A stretch of 64,000 nucleotides of DNA from assembly GCA_963825135.1 (NCBI GenBank), contig CAWGRW010000009.1, forward strand, positions 32,001-96,000, read 5' to 3'. Position numbers and translations under genes: made by a program. Under the pieces are notes generated by a model that saw only the letters and a program-made list of their open reading frames with translations, did not search any database and was not told the DNA's origin. Within the stretch, counting starts at the first letter, position 1. Every line of letters begins with the position of its first letter. Below, in pieces: positions 31,290-41,887 of this stretch. The stretch is from an uncultured bacterium. Lineage in GTDB: Bacteria; Desulfobacterota_D; UBA1144; Nemesobacterales; UBA2774.

Positions 31290-31712
31290 ACACACACAAT
31301 GCGTGCTCATATACGATCCTTCCGAAACTCCTACGCTCAAACCAGCGACGTAGCCAAACCCGTTCGTGCTGAGCTGGTCGAAGGGTGTCACTTCACCCGC
31401 GGGCATACGATCTCTAACATCCCCCTCAGCTCAATCCAACCCGTTCACCCTGAGCTTGTCGAAGGGTGATTATTCCCGACATTACAGAATTTGCGTATAG
31501 AAAATCGATTGTACGAGCGTTAAAAATCTTACGGGGGCCGGGGCGGGATCGGAAGATTTAGCGAGTGCATGAGATTTTTAGCACAATTCTGTAGTCGGAT
31601 GATTTTTGCTTCTTTTCATCAAGGAAAAGAAGGATAAAAAAAATATCCTTTCACCTTTCTTTGTCTTTTCATAAAACACACTGTCTGTTTCGCGGCTGGA
31701 AGCCGCTCCTGC
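31290..31712 (+). repeat. composite structured repeat, copy 5 (core 31476-31670)
   Basis: cacacacaatgcgtg, two gttc..ctgagc..gtcgaaggg modules, full core, terminal REP tcgcggctggaagccgctcctgc. Confidence 0.9.
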
Positions 31713-31761
31713 GCGGGGGTAGATTGGGCCTGATACGTGCGGGTTCCGGCGGCCGCGCCCC

Positions 31762-32313
31762 CTATCCGCAGGACGCGCGCGGACGCTCCCTGCATTCACC
31801 CTCCAGGCACAGGGCGTGCGCACTCGACCTGTGTAGCAGGCCGAAGTCGAACACCCCCCTCTCCCCCATGAGCACGAGCCTTATGACGGAGCGCCCCGTC
31901 ATCCACTCGGTGAGATAGATGAGGGATTGAGCGCTCCGGACCGCGTCCCCGCACCGGCACGCCTTGCCGCAGAGGCCGCACCCGGAGCATATGTCTTCGT
32001 CTATGGCGGGGTTTCCGTAGGAGCCCGAGAGAATTCCCTTCACCTTCGCGTACTCCCTTACGTACGTGCTCTCCCCGCCGAGCGGCTCGCGGAACGCGTA
32101 ACCCGCCTCCACGAGAGAGTCCCCGCGGAAATGGAAGCCCACCACCGCGTCGAGTCCCATTACGCTCTCCCCGTAGGTGACGTAGCCCTCTCCGTGGCTC
32201 AGGGGCGGGACGCCTTCCGAGCGCATTACCTCCTTCTTCGACATTCCCCAGGACGCTCTTCTGAAATCATGGGCGGCGTCCGTAAACCCCGAACGAACAT
32301 GGTTGAGTTTCAT
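31762..32313 (-). CDS. hypothetical protein (similar motif to 30646-31227; Cys cluster)
   Basis: GGAGG RBS; FR.ASWGMS..L..SYG.P; CSGCGLC..C.C. Confidence 0.65.
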   Translation of the reverse strand: MKLNHVRSGFTDAAHDFRRASWGMSKKEVMRSEGVPPLSHGEGYVTYGESVMGLDAVVGFHFRGDSLVEAGYAFREPLGGESTYVREYAKVKGILSGSYGNPAIDEDICSGCGLCGKACRCGDAVRSAQSLIYLTEWMTGRSVIRLVLMGERGVFDFGLLHRSSAHALCLEGECRERPRASCG

Positions 32314-32426
32314 CTCGCTTCCTCCTTTCAGCCTCGTTGTGCTCATATTCCTTATTATGTCGTACGACCGTCTGCCGGATACGGTTAGATCCTTAAAATA
32401 TCAGTGAATATCGCGGCCGCAGCCCT

Positions 32427-32840
32427 TCACCTGAACACGTTCATCACGCTGCAGAACACCTTCCCCACGACCATGTCGGGGTCGAACTCCTTCCAGCCCA
32501 GCAGCGAGACAGGGTAGTTCCTGTTATACGGCCTCAGCAAAAGCCCGTCCGGCTCCGAGAGGCACTCCCTGATAATGCACCCCTCCCCCGGCACGCTGAG
32601 CGCGTAGACCGAGCCTGAGACGATCTCCCTCGACGATACGTCTATGACCACGCTCGCCCCGTCCATGATGAGTTTCTCCATGGAGTCCCCCCTGTTCCGG
32701 ATCACGATGAAACCGTCCCGGTAAAGCTCGTTCGGAATCACTATCGCCTGATCGGCATCGAATTTCGCAAGCTCCGTCAATGACCCTCTCCTTACGCGCC
32801 GCATTGGAAACGGACGGTGACGCCCGTCCTGTCTCCCCAT
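32427..32840 (-). CDS. S24 (LexA/CI-like) peptidase-domain protein; N-terminus uncertain, possibly frameshifted
   Basis: F.VIRNRGDSME.LI.DG..VVID, L.P.N..YP, VVGKV. Confidence 0.65.
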   Translation of the reverse strand: MGRQDGRHRPFPMRRVRRGSLTELAKFDADQAIVIPNELYRDGFIVIRNRGDSMEKLIMDGASVVIDVSSREIVSGSVYALSVPGEGCIIRECLSEPDGLLLRPYNRNYPVSLLGWKEFDPDMVVGKVFCSVMNVFR

Positions 32841-33219
32841 ACCCGTTTCCGGATTCCCCGGAGGATAAATGTCCGCGCATCAACGCCCCGGTCCTGCGGG
32901 ATTCGAAAGCGCCCCCGCCGTGCGGAAGCCCCACGATTGAAGATGTTTATTTACCGCCGCTGATGCTGGAGAGTCCCCCTCTCGAAATCGCGGTCTTATT
33001 CATATGCTCAATTCCATTATCCGAAATCGGCAGAGCCATTTCAATCGGGTGATACCTGTATTTTATATAGGGTGTTTATGTAGGAACGGCGCGCAAGCGG
33101 CCGTCGTTACGGAACAATACGGTTCGAAAAAAAATTTTTGCGGATGCGCGTGAACTTGAAAAAACAGTGAAATTCGCGGGGAAGAACGAGGCCCTTCGTA
33201 AAGCGCCCGCCGGAAAAGC

Positions 33220-34224
33220 CTATTTTTTCTCTTCCGCTCCGCTCTTTTTGCCCTTCGGATACCCGACCCCGCCGACGCGCGCCCTGACGAGCGTATACGA
33301 GGCGTGACCCTTCGCCGATTTCTGCTCGTGCGATATGAGCCCGACGCCCTTCGCGTAAACGTCCCTGAACCAGAACGCCCCGCCCTCGGGCATCGTGACT
33401 ACCATCACCTTCCCGAACTTCCCGGCCGGGGTTTCGGATCCAGTCTCCGGGAACGCGGTCGATACGTCCGGGCTGTAGAACGTCTCTACCCCGCCCCTCG
33501 AGGCTACGAAAATTTCTCCGCCCGGCGATATCTTCATGCCCACGCCGGGGATTCCGAAGAACGTGTCGAAGACCGACCACCCGTCGGACTCCGAGACTAC
33601 GGAATTCGTGACCTCGGACACGCCCTTGCTCGTTTCCGCCCTGTAAGTCCAGCTGTTCCCCTTGTCGAGCGGAAGGAATTCCGCGAATGAAATTTTCTCG
33701 CCGCCCGAGAGCACGTTCGTGTATTCCTTGAACTGTCCGAGGCCGGTTCCCGAAGCGAGCGCGTTCAGCCTGTCCTCATCGACGAACCTCACCGCGGCGG
33801 GCGCGGGACTCAGCCTGGCAATGAGATATGTATAAGAGGGCTTGCCGGAAGCCCCCGCGACCGGGCCCGGCGCATCCATCCCGTACATCACCTCAAGGGC
33901 TCCCCCCTCCCCGCTCTCGGCGCCCCTGATTTTTAATACTCCGCCCTCGGCGCTGTCCGATACGATGACGGCGAGCGCGTCCTTTCCGAAATCGACCGGG
34001 GGCAGGGGGCCGGATATGCCTAGCGCCTCTTTCGCCTTCCCGAGCTCTTCCGGGCTCCTTACGAGCGCGCTCTTCATATCGGGCTTCCTGTCGAGAGAGC
34101 CGCTGTAGTATGTGCTTAGCGAGACCTCGCCCGCAGCCGCGGAAATCACAAGGAGCGATGCCAGGGCAAGAACGGTCAAGGCGAGCGGAGCGTATTTGCG
34201 GGGCTTTGTCAGGTTATGTCCCAT
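33220..34224 (-). CDS. secreted hypothetical protein (PrcB-C-like N part; PL..GN.W.Y / TPAG.F / YAKGVGLI C part)
   Basis: Signal peptide; P.VDF.K; FLPLDKGNSWTY; ETPAGKF; YAKGVGLI. Confidence 0.7.
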   Translation of the reverse strand: MGHNLTKPRKYAPLALTVLALASLLVISAAAGEVSLSTYYSGSLDRKPDMKSALVRSPEELGKAKEALGISGPLPPVDFGKDALAVIVSDSAEGGVLKIRGAESGEGGALEVMYGMDAPGPVAGASGKPSYTYLIARLSPAPAAVRFVDEDRLNALASGTGLGQFKEYTNVLSGGEKISFAEFLPLDKGNSWTYRAETSKGVSEVTNSVVSESDGWSVFDTFFGIPGVGMKISPGGEIFVASRGGVETFYSPDVSTAFPETGSETPAGKFGKVMVVTMPEGGAFWFRDVYAKGVGLISHEQKSAKGHASYTLVRARVGGVGYPKGKKSGAEEKK

Positions 34225-34281
34225 ATAGACATAATTATACTTACAATCACGGAGTGCAGGGGAAGGTCGATGCATCTTGGG

Positions 34282-36507
34282 TCAGGGCCGTTCGAATTCG
34301 TTTATAGCCTCTCTGAACTCGTCGATCTTGAACGGCTTCGCGAGGAACCTGTTGCCGGTGCCGTATATGAAATCGACCGTCTCCGCGCTCGGGTCCCCCG
34401 TCATGAAGAGCATCTTTCCGGCCAGCACGGGGTCAGTCTCCATGACCCGCCTGTAGAACTCTTTCCCGTTCATCTGCGGCATCTTGATGTCGCAAACGAT
34501 GAAGCTGTACCCCCCGGTTTGTATCATCGAGAGCGCTTCCTCTCCGTTCGAGGCGAAATCGACGCTGTATCCGTCGCCCTCGAGTATCCCGCTTATGAGC
34601 ATGGTAACGAGCTCCTCGTCGTCGACTATAAGTACGGTCTTTCCATTCCCGGAAGCGTCCTCGTCCTCGCGCCCGCCGCCCTCTTCCTCTTCGAAGAGGA
34701 GGTAGTCCGTATAATCGCGGACGGGGAGCTTCACGGTGAAGGCCGCCCCTTCTCCGGGCACGCTCTCGACGGAGATTTCCCCGTCGTGCTCCTTTATTAT
34801 CCCGTAAGAGACCGAGAGCCCCAGGCCCGTCCCGACCCCCGTGGGCTTGGTCGTGAAGAACGGGTCGAATATCTTGTGCTTTATATCCTCTCTGATGCCG
34901 GGGCCCGTGTCCGATATAACCGCTTCGATGTCCCCTTTCTCTCCGGTCATCGTCGTAATAGTGACGACTCCGCCTCCAGGCGAGTACCCGTTAATCGCGT
35001 GGCAGGCGTTCAATATGATATTTGTAAATACCTGGTCTATCTGGGTCGAGTCCGCCATGGTCTTCGGCAGACCGCCGTCGAGGCGCATGACGACGTTGAT
35101 GTTATCGAGCTCGAACTGGTATTGCCTGAACTCAACTGCCTTTCTCAGTATCTCGTTTACGTCCACGTATTCCCTTCTGGGCTTGTCCTTCCTCGCGAAC
35201 GACAGGAGGTTCTCCACTATCTTCCTCACCTTGTCCGCCGAATTGTGAATAACCTCGATGTATCTTTGCCTCTTGTCTTCCTCCGTTTCGGGCGCCGCGA
35301 TGAGCATCTGCGAGTAGCCGAGTATCGGCGTGAGGGGGTTATTTATCTCGTGCGCGATGCTCGACACGAGCTGGCCCAGGGAGGCGAGCTTCTCGCTCTG
35401 AATGAGCTGGTCCTGCGCAGTTTTCAGTTCCTGGTAGAGCCTTTCGAGCTCCTTCGCGCGCTCACCCGACTCCTCGAACATCTTCGCCTTGGAGACCGCG
35501 GTCCCGATCTGGTTGCCGAGCGAGTGGAGTATGTCGAGCTGGTATTTCTCGAACGCCCCGCTCTCCGCTCTCGTGAAATGGATGACGCCTATCGTCTGTC
35601 CCCTGTGCTTGAGCGGAAGCGAGAGGACTACCTTGGAGTCAAACGCGATTCCGAGCGGTTCAACCGGGTCAGGCCCGGCCGAAAGCCCGTTGTAATAATA
35701 CGTCTCGCCGGAGTCTATCACCTTCCAGGTAATGCCCCGGGGATAGGGTATCCTCCCTGCCTTTTCGACGCATTCTTCAGGAAGGCCCCTCTGGACACGG
35801 AGGACCGCTTCCCTCGAATCGCCCTCCCCTTCCACGAGGTATACGCAGACAATGTCTATCAGCTTCATTCCCTCGACCATGTCGAGGAACGTCTCGAATA
35901 TCAGCCTCAGGTCGGCGGAGCCGTGGACCTTCTCCACGATCGCGCCCAGTACGGAAAGGTTCTCGTTTCGCTCCTCGAGCTCGCTCGTCTGCTTCGCCCT
36001 CGCGATGGCTATGGCTATCTGGTTCCCTATCGTCGTGAGGAGCTCGACCTCGCTCCTGGTGAATTTTTCCTCCTCGTATCTCGCGAACCAGATTACGCCT
36101 ATGGCCTTGCCTTCGAGGAGTATCGGCACCCCAAGTATGCCGTGGAATCCCGCCTTCCTTCCGGCGGGCCCGATTTCCTTTACCTTGTTTATGTCGTCGA
36201 TGTTGAGGATCTCGCCCGACATTATTACCTTCCAGGTAATCCCGACGGGATAAGGGATAACGGAAGCCTTTTTTATATAGCCGGGCGGGAAATTCCTGTG
36301 CGCCTGCAGCACCGCCGTGCCCGACGCTTCGTCCTCGAGGTATATGGCCGCCATGTCCACTTTTTCGAGCTCCACGACGAGGTCGAGCGCCGTGTCGTAG
36401 ATACTCTTCAGGTCCGAGGACTTGTGCACGGCCTCGACGACCTTGATCAATACCCTGAGATTGTCGGCTATTCTTCGGGGCAGTCTTAGAGACTGTTTAA
36501 TTTCCAT
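34282..36507 (-). CDS. hybrid sensor histidine kinase (2 GAF, HisKA, HATPase, REC)
   Basis: QSEKLASLGQL...AHEINNPL, DTGPGI, FDPFFTTK, GTGLGL, LIVDDE, D.KMP.MNG, KPF. Confidence 0.95.
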   Translation of the reverse strand: MEIKQSLRLPRRIADNLRVLIKVVEAVHKSSDLKSIYDTALDLVVELEKVDMAAIYLEDEASGTAVLQAHRNFPPGYIKKASVIPYPVGITWKVIMSGEILNIDDINKVKEIGPAGRKAGFHGILGVPILLEGKAIGVIWFARYEEEKFTRSEVELLTTIGNQIAIAIARAKQTSELEERNENLSVLGAIVEKVHGSADLRLIFETFLDMVEGMKLIDIVCVYLVEGEGDSREAVLRVQRGLPEECVEKAGRIPYPRGITWKVIDSGETYYYNGLSAGPDPVEPLGIAFDSKVVLSLPLKHRGQTIGVIHFTRAESGAFEKYQLDILHSLGNQIGTAVSKAKMFEESGERAKELERLYQELKTAQDQLIQSEKLASLGQLVSSIAHEINNPLTPILGYSQMLIAAPETEEDKRQRYIEVIHNSADKVRKIVENLLSFARKDKPRREYVDVNEILRKAVEFRQYQFELDNINVVMRLDGGLPKTMADSTQIDQVFTNIILNACHAINGYSPGGGVVTITTMTGEKGDIEAVISDTGPGIREDIKHKIFDPFFTTKPTGVGTGLGLSVSYGIIKEHDGEISVESVPGEGAAFTVKLPVRDYTDYLLFEEEEGGGREDEDASGNGKTVLIVDDEELVTMLISGILEGDGYSVDFASNGEEALSMIQTGGYSFIVCDIKMPQMNGKEFYRRVMETDPVLAGKMLFMTGDPSAETVDFIYGTGNRFLAKPFKIDEFREAINEFERP

Positions 36508-36793
36508 TGGCGAGCATTCCGATAGTGCTAATTATATCTACAGTTGATTTGATTGCGCAAGTACCCGGGGAGGAGTTCATTACATCGGCCGGAATCAGGG
36601 AAACGCGCCGCATGACAGTCCGACTGCGCGGGGCTCAGGCACATGGCCATCGAGACCGGGAGCGCCGAGGAGATTACGAGGCTCCGCGACGCGATCATCG
36701 AAAACGGCCGTGGCCTCGCGATGACGGACATAGAGAATTTCACTGCGGGCTGCGGCGGAAGGGCGGGATCGCAGACGAGCGCACAATGCGCCG

Positions 36794-37625
36794 TCACTCA
36801 CGCCCTTTGAGAAGCCCCGGCCTGTCGAGCGTCATCCCGTCGACTCCCTTCCACGAGAGGAACCGGGCGACGTAGTAATTGTCGATATTCCACGCCCAGA
36901 CGGTATGGCCCCCGCGCTTGAGCCTCCACGCGAGAGACGGGTCGAGGACGTAGGCGGGCCAGAACGCGCACACGTATTTCACTTCGACCGGGCGGGGGAG
37001 TGCCGAACGGATATACGTAGAGGGCTCCGAGGGCCGTGCCCGGCATGAGCTTCCCGAACCGCTCCGCCCACGCAGCGTCGAACGATATGACGACGACCCT
37101 CTTCTCCATCCCGTATCTTTTTAAATACTCTGCGAGGGTATCGCCTATCGCGGGGTTCCCGGCCGGGTCCTTGACCTCTATCAGGAGCGTGGAGGACGCC
37201 CCTTTCATGTATTCGAGCACCGTGCCCAGGTGAGGGACGTGCTCGGCTTTGAATTCTTCGGAAAAGCTGCTCCCCGCGTCGAGGGAATTCACGTATTCCC
37301 ACGTGCGCTCCCTCACCCGTCCCGTGCCGTCCGTAGTCCTGTCGAGAGAGGCGTCGTGCATGAGGACGGGCACTCCGTCCGAGGTGAGGCGGATGTCTAT
37401 CTCTATGAACGGCGCGCCCGCGCTGACCCCCGCCCTGACAGCGGCGAGCGTGTTTTCGGGCGCGAGGGCGGCGGCCCCCCTGTGAGAGAGCGCGTACGTC
37501 TCCCCCTTTTCCGTCATCGACGCGAACACAAGCTCAAGCGCGGCGTTGAGTGCGATGAGCGCGGCCAGGATTATCAGGACCCGCTTTCCGGTCGAACGCC
37601 TTTTGTTCTCGGGAATTTCAGCCAC
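36794..37625 (-). CDS. glycerophosphodiester phosphodiesterase; frameshift near 36990
   Basis: SHRG....APENT, EID..LT.DG.PV.MHD, EVK, ISFD; the C-terminal VWAW..GVDG..DRP is in another frame. Confidence 0.88.
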
Positions 37626-37666
37626 GGATGAATGATATAAAAGAAGCCGCGTTTAGTAAAGCCGCG

Positions 37667-39628
37667 TCAGAGAGCGCTCCAGACGTTGAACACGACGAAG
37701 GCGAGCACCCACGCGATAACGAAGCTCCCGCCCAGGAATATGAGCGAATATTTCCTCCCCAGCTCCTTTATCATTATCGCGACCGTCGCGACGCAGGAGT
37801 TATACAGCAGGAGCAGTATCATGAACGAGTACGACGAGGCCGGCGTGAAAGACTGCTTGATCGAATTCCTGAGGCCGTTTTCCTCCGCCGTCTGCCCGAC
37901 GTCGAACGAAGAGAACCCGAGGGTGGCGACCGCGAGGAACGAGTCCTTCACGCTCGTGAGAAGCCCTATGCCCTGCTCCTTCGCGAGCACGAGGAGGTCC
38001 GGACTTGCGGCGCCGGGGGCGGGCACCGGCTCGGACGTCTTATAGATTACCGCCATCGAGCTCAGCACCACCTCCCTCGCGAGAAACGCCGGAATGAGTG
38101 AAGTCGTCGCCCTCCAGTCGTCAAGCCCGATGGGCTTGAACACCGGGGTTATGGCCTTGCCTATAGAGGCCGCGAGGCTCTCGTCCGGGCCCTTGATGCC
38201 GGGCGGGAGGTTCAAGAGCCCCCACACGATCATCGATATGATGAATATCACCGTCCCCGCCCTCCAGAGGAACCTCTTCGTGTGCGCCCAGACTATAATC
38301 GCGACGGTGCGGGACGAGGGGAGCCTGTAAGGGGGCATTTCGAGGACGAAATTGGCCTTCTTTCCCTTCAGGTAAGTCCGCCTCAGCACGAGCGCCATAA
38401 GCAGCGCGACGACAATGCCGATTAGATAGAGCGATATGATTATGACGGCCGGGTGGTCAAAGAAAATGAACGAGAAGAACGCGAACACGACGAGCCTCGC
38501 CGGGCAGCTCATGAACGGTATCATCATGCCCACGAGTATCTTGTCCGTCCTGTTTTCGAGGTTCTTCGTCGCCATTATCGCGGGCACGTTGCAGCCGAAG
38601 CTCAGCAAAAGCGGCGTCATCATGTTCCCGTGGAGCCCGAGCCTGTGCATGAACCTGTCCATGAGGAACACGATCCTGGGCAGATAGCCCGACATCTCGA
38701 AGAACGTGATGAAGAAATAGAGTATCGCGACCAGCGGCACGAATGTCACGACGAACCCCACGCCCCCGATGATCGCCTCGTTCACGAACTTGATAAAAAT
38801 CGCGGGCAGGCCGATATTCGTCCCGAGCGCAGTAAAGCCCGCCGAGAGAAAATTGTTCATGAAGCCGTCTATCCAGTCCATGTACGGGCCCGAGAAATCG
38901 AACGAGATCTTGAACATCAGGTAAAAGAGAACGACGTATATGGCGATGCCGATAAACGGATGCAGCAAAACGTTGTCGAGCCTGTGAGTGAGGCTGCTCG
39001 GCTTCCTCTTCGAAAAGTTGGTCGCCTCCTTCTCCACCCTGTCGGCGAGCTTCCACCTCTCCTCCCCCGCCTCCTCCGAATCCCCGCCCGGCAGCCGGAG
39101 ACTCGCGGCGCCCGCCCCCGCGGGGGCGGGCTTGCCGATTCCGTCGCATAATTCCTGTATGTATTTGAGGAGGGTGTCTATGCCCTCGCCCGACTTTCCG
39201 ACCGTAAAACACGCCTTTGAGCCGAGCATGCCCTCGACCCTGGGGATATCCACGTTGATCCCGCTCTTCCTCGACTCGTCCGCCATGTTGAGCGCGAGCA
39301 CGACGGGCTTTCCGATTTCCAGGAGCTCGAGCGTGAGCAGGAGGTTTCTCTTGAAGTTGGAGAGGTCTATCACGTCGACGATGATGTCAATGTCGTCGCT
39401 CTTGACGAAATTCACGGCGACCTTCTCCGCGTCGGTCGATGCCTTGAGGTCGTAAATGCCCGGCAGGTCGATTAAGTGCAGGTTATGTTTGCCGAGCGTG
39501 AAATAGACTTCGGACTTCTCAACGGTAACCCCGGCCCAGTTCCCCACCTTGAGGTTCTTTCCGGCGATCTTGTTGAGGATTGTGGTTTTGCCTACATTCG
39601 GGTTCCCAGCGAGCCCTACGGTAATCAG
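37667..39628 (-). CDS. feoB: ferrous iron transport protein B
   Basis: G1 GNPNVGKT, VGNWAGVTVE, DLPG, NMAD, SFGCNVPA, PFMSC.AR, EMPPYRLP; only CTG (39628) is available as a start before G1. Confidence 0.95.
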   Translation of the reverse strand: MITVGLAGNPNVGKTTILNKIAGKNLKVGNWAGVTVEKSEVYFTLGKHNLHLIDLPGIYDLKASTDAEKVAVNFVKSDDIDIIVDVIDLSNFKRNLLLTLELLEIGKPVVLALNMADESRKSGINVDIPRVEGMLGSKACFTVGKSGEGIDTLLKYIQELCDGIGKPAPAGAGAASLRLPGGDSEEAGEERWKLADRVEKEATNFSKRKPSSLTHRLDNVLLHPFIGIAIYVVLFYLMFKISFDFSGPYMDWIDGFMNNFLSAGFTALGTNIGLPAIFIKFVNEAIIGGVGFVVTFVPLVAILYFFITFFEMSGYLPRIVFLMDRFMHRLGLHGNMMTPLLLSFGCNVPAIMATKNLENRTDKILVGMMIPFMSCPARLVVFAFFSFIFFDHPAVIIISLYLIGIVVALLMALVLRRTYLKGKKANFVLEMPPYRLPSSRTVAIIVWAHTKRFLWRAGTVIFIISMIVWGLLNLPPGIKGPDESLAASIGKAITPVFKPIGLDDWRATTSLIPAFLAREVVLSSMAVIYKTSEPVPAPGAASPDLLVLAKEQGIGLLTSVKDSFLAVATLGFSSFDVGQTAEENGLRNSIKQSFTPASSYSFMILLLLYNSCVATVAIMIKELGRKYSLIFLGGSFVIAWVLAFVVFNVWSAL

Positions 39629-39630
39629 AG

Positions 39631-39849
39631 TTAAGAGACCTCCATTACTCCCGCCAGGTCCTTATCGATGACAAGCTCGACACCGAGGTCGAGTATATTG
39701 AGGATGATGTTTCTGCCCTGAATCCTTTTAACCCTTATCCTGGTCCCCTTCTGGAGTCCCATGGAGCGGAGTTTTTTATAGGCGTGATGGTAATCGCGGG
39801 CTCCGGTAAATACCGCTTCCGAGTTATGGTTCAGATCGAGTATGGTCAT
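39631..39849 (-). CDS. feoA: ferrous iron transport protein A
   Basis: 72 aa, KLRSMGL..GT.I.V SH3-like motif, directly upstream of feoB. Confidence 0.85.
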   Translation of the reverse strand: MTILDLNHNSEAVFTGARDYHHAYKKLRSMGLQKGTRIRVKRIQGRNIILNILDLGVELVIDKDLAGVMEVS

Positions 39850-39892
39850 CTTGCCTTGATTACCCCTTGATATGATTAGGATTCGGCGTTCA

Positions 39893-39911
39893 AATGAAAT
39901 TCAATGTCAAA
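39893..39911. promoter_or_regulatory. possible Fur box upstream of feoA
   Basis: AATGAAATTCAATGTCAAA, an AT-rich quasi-palindrome overlapping a minus-strand TTGACA. Confidence 0.45.
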
Positions 39912-40063
39912 ATCAATATATACTATTCCGGTGAAGTGTCAAGGATAATTTTCCGGTTATCGGGGGCCGGGTTATAAGAGTCCCTCAATACATCAGAAAC
40001 CCCGGGCCGATACCGCCTGTATATAATGTATCAGTATATCCGGAAGAGCATGCGGGAGCACTC

Positions 40064-40367
40064 ATGATAGTCACTATATTCCGCCCGCGCCTGAGACCCG
40101 AGCGTGAGCGCGAGTACCGCGAATGGGCGGACAGGATGGAGGCGCTCGCCCGCGCCATGCCCGGGTTCGTGTCCATAAAGACCTTCTACGCGAGAGACGG
40201 CGAACGTGTCTCGATAGTCGAGTTCGAATCGAAGGAGGCCCACGAGGCGTGGAGGAGGACACCCGGAGCACATGGAGGCGCAGCGTCTCGGGCGCGAAAA
40301 ATTCTACTCCGAATTCAAAATCCAGGTGCTCGAAGATCCGAGGGAGTATGAGTTAAAGAAGGGATGA
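40064..40367 (+). CDS. antibiotic biosynthesis monooxygenase (ABM) family protein; frameshift near 40260
   Basis: MIVTIFR..A..MPGF.S....DGE....F...AWR then HPEH.EAQ..GR..FY in the shifted frame. Confidence 0.82.
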
Positions 40368-40722
40368 AGAGACAAATGATGATATCGTCACGGCCGCAAC
40401 ATGCTTTATCCGTACGTTCCATTGTGCAGGGCTCGATTGCCTTATGTGCAAGGCGTCCCTTCGTTCGCTTGCTCGCAATCGCCGGAGCATCGCGATGACA
40501 GAAAGTGGTGTCATTTCGACCACAGGGAGAAATCTGCCTTTTATCAACTACGCTTAACCATTTGCCCTCCCGGAACTTCAAGTCCTTTAAAACCTGGTCC
40601 CTCGCCCCAATCCTTATAATCCCACCCATTCTACTATGCCCGCCCCGGCTGAAAACACCGGTTGAAAAGTACCTGACTACCGATTATTATACAGATAAAA
40701 TTATTAATTATGAGGTTAACCG

Positions 40723-41145
40723 ATGTCGAATAGACTGGTTGTCGTATGTTTACTGTTAATAATCACGGTCAATTACGGATGCATGAGCGCGGCCGAGCAC
40801 CAGAGCAGCCTGCCCTCCACACAAGCAGAGGAGATGACCGTAGGCGTCGTGCAGAAGGAAATACGCGTCGGGATGTCGGGGGCCGACGTCGCGGAGGCGC
40901 TGGGCTCGCCCAATATAGTCACGAAAGACAGCGCGGGTAACGAGACGTGGGTGTACGACAAGATCGCCTCCGAGGTGTCCTATTCGAAGGACTCCGGAGG
41001 AACGGGATTGATAATCAACCTGTTCGGCGGATACAACAGGGAGGCCGGGGCGACGAGCACCACGCAGAAAACGCTGACCGTCGTCATCAAATACGACGCG
41101 AAGGGACTCGTCGAATCGTTCTCATATCACGCGAGTAAATTTTAA
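40723..41145 (+). CDS. lipoprotein, SmpA/BamE-like domain
   Basis: Lipobox YGC; I.VGMS..DV..ALGSP....E.WVY. Confidence 0.75.
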   Translation: MSNRLVVVCLLLIITVNYGCMSAAEHQSSLPSTQAEEMTVGVVQKEIRVGMSGADVAEALGSPNIVTKDSAGNETWVYDKIASEVSYSKDSGGTGLIINLFGGYNREAGATSTTQKTLTVVIKYDAKGLVESFSYHASKF

Positions 41146-41189
41146 CACGGACCGGGCATTCTGATTTTCGTTTCACCGAGGGGGATATC

Positions 41190-41693
41190 ATGAGAACCGT
41201 ATTAGCGTCATTATCGCTTCTGTTCGTATTCGCGCTGTCCTGCGCTCCTGCGGCGAACGTCGCGCCTGAAAAAACTCAATTACAGATACGCGAGTTTCAA
41301 ACCAGGACGTTCGACGTCGACAACGAGCTCATGGTGATGAAGACCGTCGCGAGCGTGCTGCTCGACGATGGGTTCATCATCAAGGACGCGGAAACCGAAT
41401 TGGGGATCATAAGCGCCACCAAGGAAGTCGATATCGAAAACGGCAGCGAGAAGTTTTTTTCTATACTCTTCTTCGGCGCGAACGCGAGGTGGGCGAAAAA
41501 CAGCGTCATCGAATCCACCGTCAACGTAAGCAAGTTCGGCAAGCAGGTAAAGGTACGCGTAATCTTTCAGGTGAAGTCCATGAATAACCGCGGCGAGGTA
41601 ATGCTCGTCCAGCAGGTGGACGACGAGCAGTATTACCAGGACTTCTTCTCGAAAGTGGACAAGGGTATATTCATACAGAAAGAAGGGATCTGA
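41190..41693 (+). CDS. hypothetical lipoprotein
   Basis: Lipobox LSC; R.FQTR.F, D.GF.I..A...G.I.A, YQ.FF..DK. Confidence 0.75.
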   Translation: MRTVLASLSLLFVFALSCAPAANVAPEKTQLQIREFQTRTFDVDNELMVMKTVASVLLDDGFIIKDAETELGIISATKEVDIENGSEKFFSILFFGANARWAKNSVIESTVNVSKFGKQVKVRVIFQVKSMNNRGEVMLVQQVDDEQYYQDFFSKVDKGIFIQKEGI

Positions 41694-41887
41694 GACTGGC
41701 GGCTCCGGAACTCGCCGGGAACTGACGGCGTCTACCGAACCGTAACTCCCACGTTCCCGAAACCCGGGCCCCCTCGGGCGAAAGACCTGCTTCCGGCCCG
41801 CGATACCTGTTACATTTTTTATTCTGTGCGTATTGACCATACAGCTGTAATTATGCTATAATTCCGAGGTTTAAAGGAGGATCGGAA

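Noticed and set aside
34216..36489. 757-aa plus-strand ORF (and similar long antisense ORFs at 5609-7015, 25256-26905, 28353-29342)
   Set aside because: Shadow frames opposite well-supported genes in GC-rich DNA; no recognisable motifs
36528..36797. 89-aa ORF between the phosphodiesterase and the kinase
   Set aside because: No motif and conflicting overlapping frames; cannot be supported
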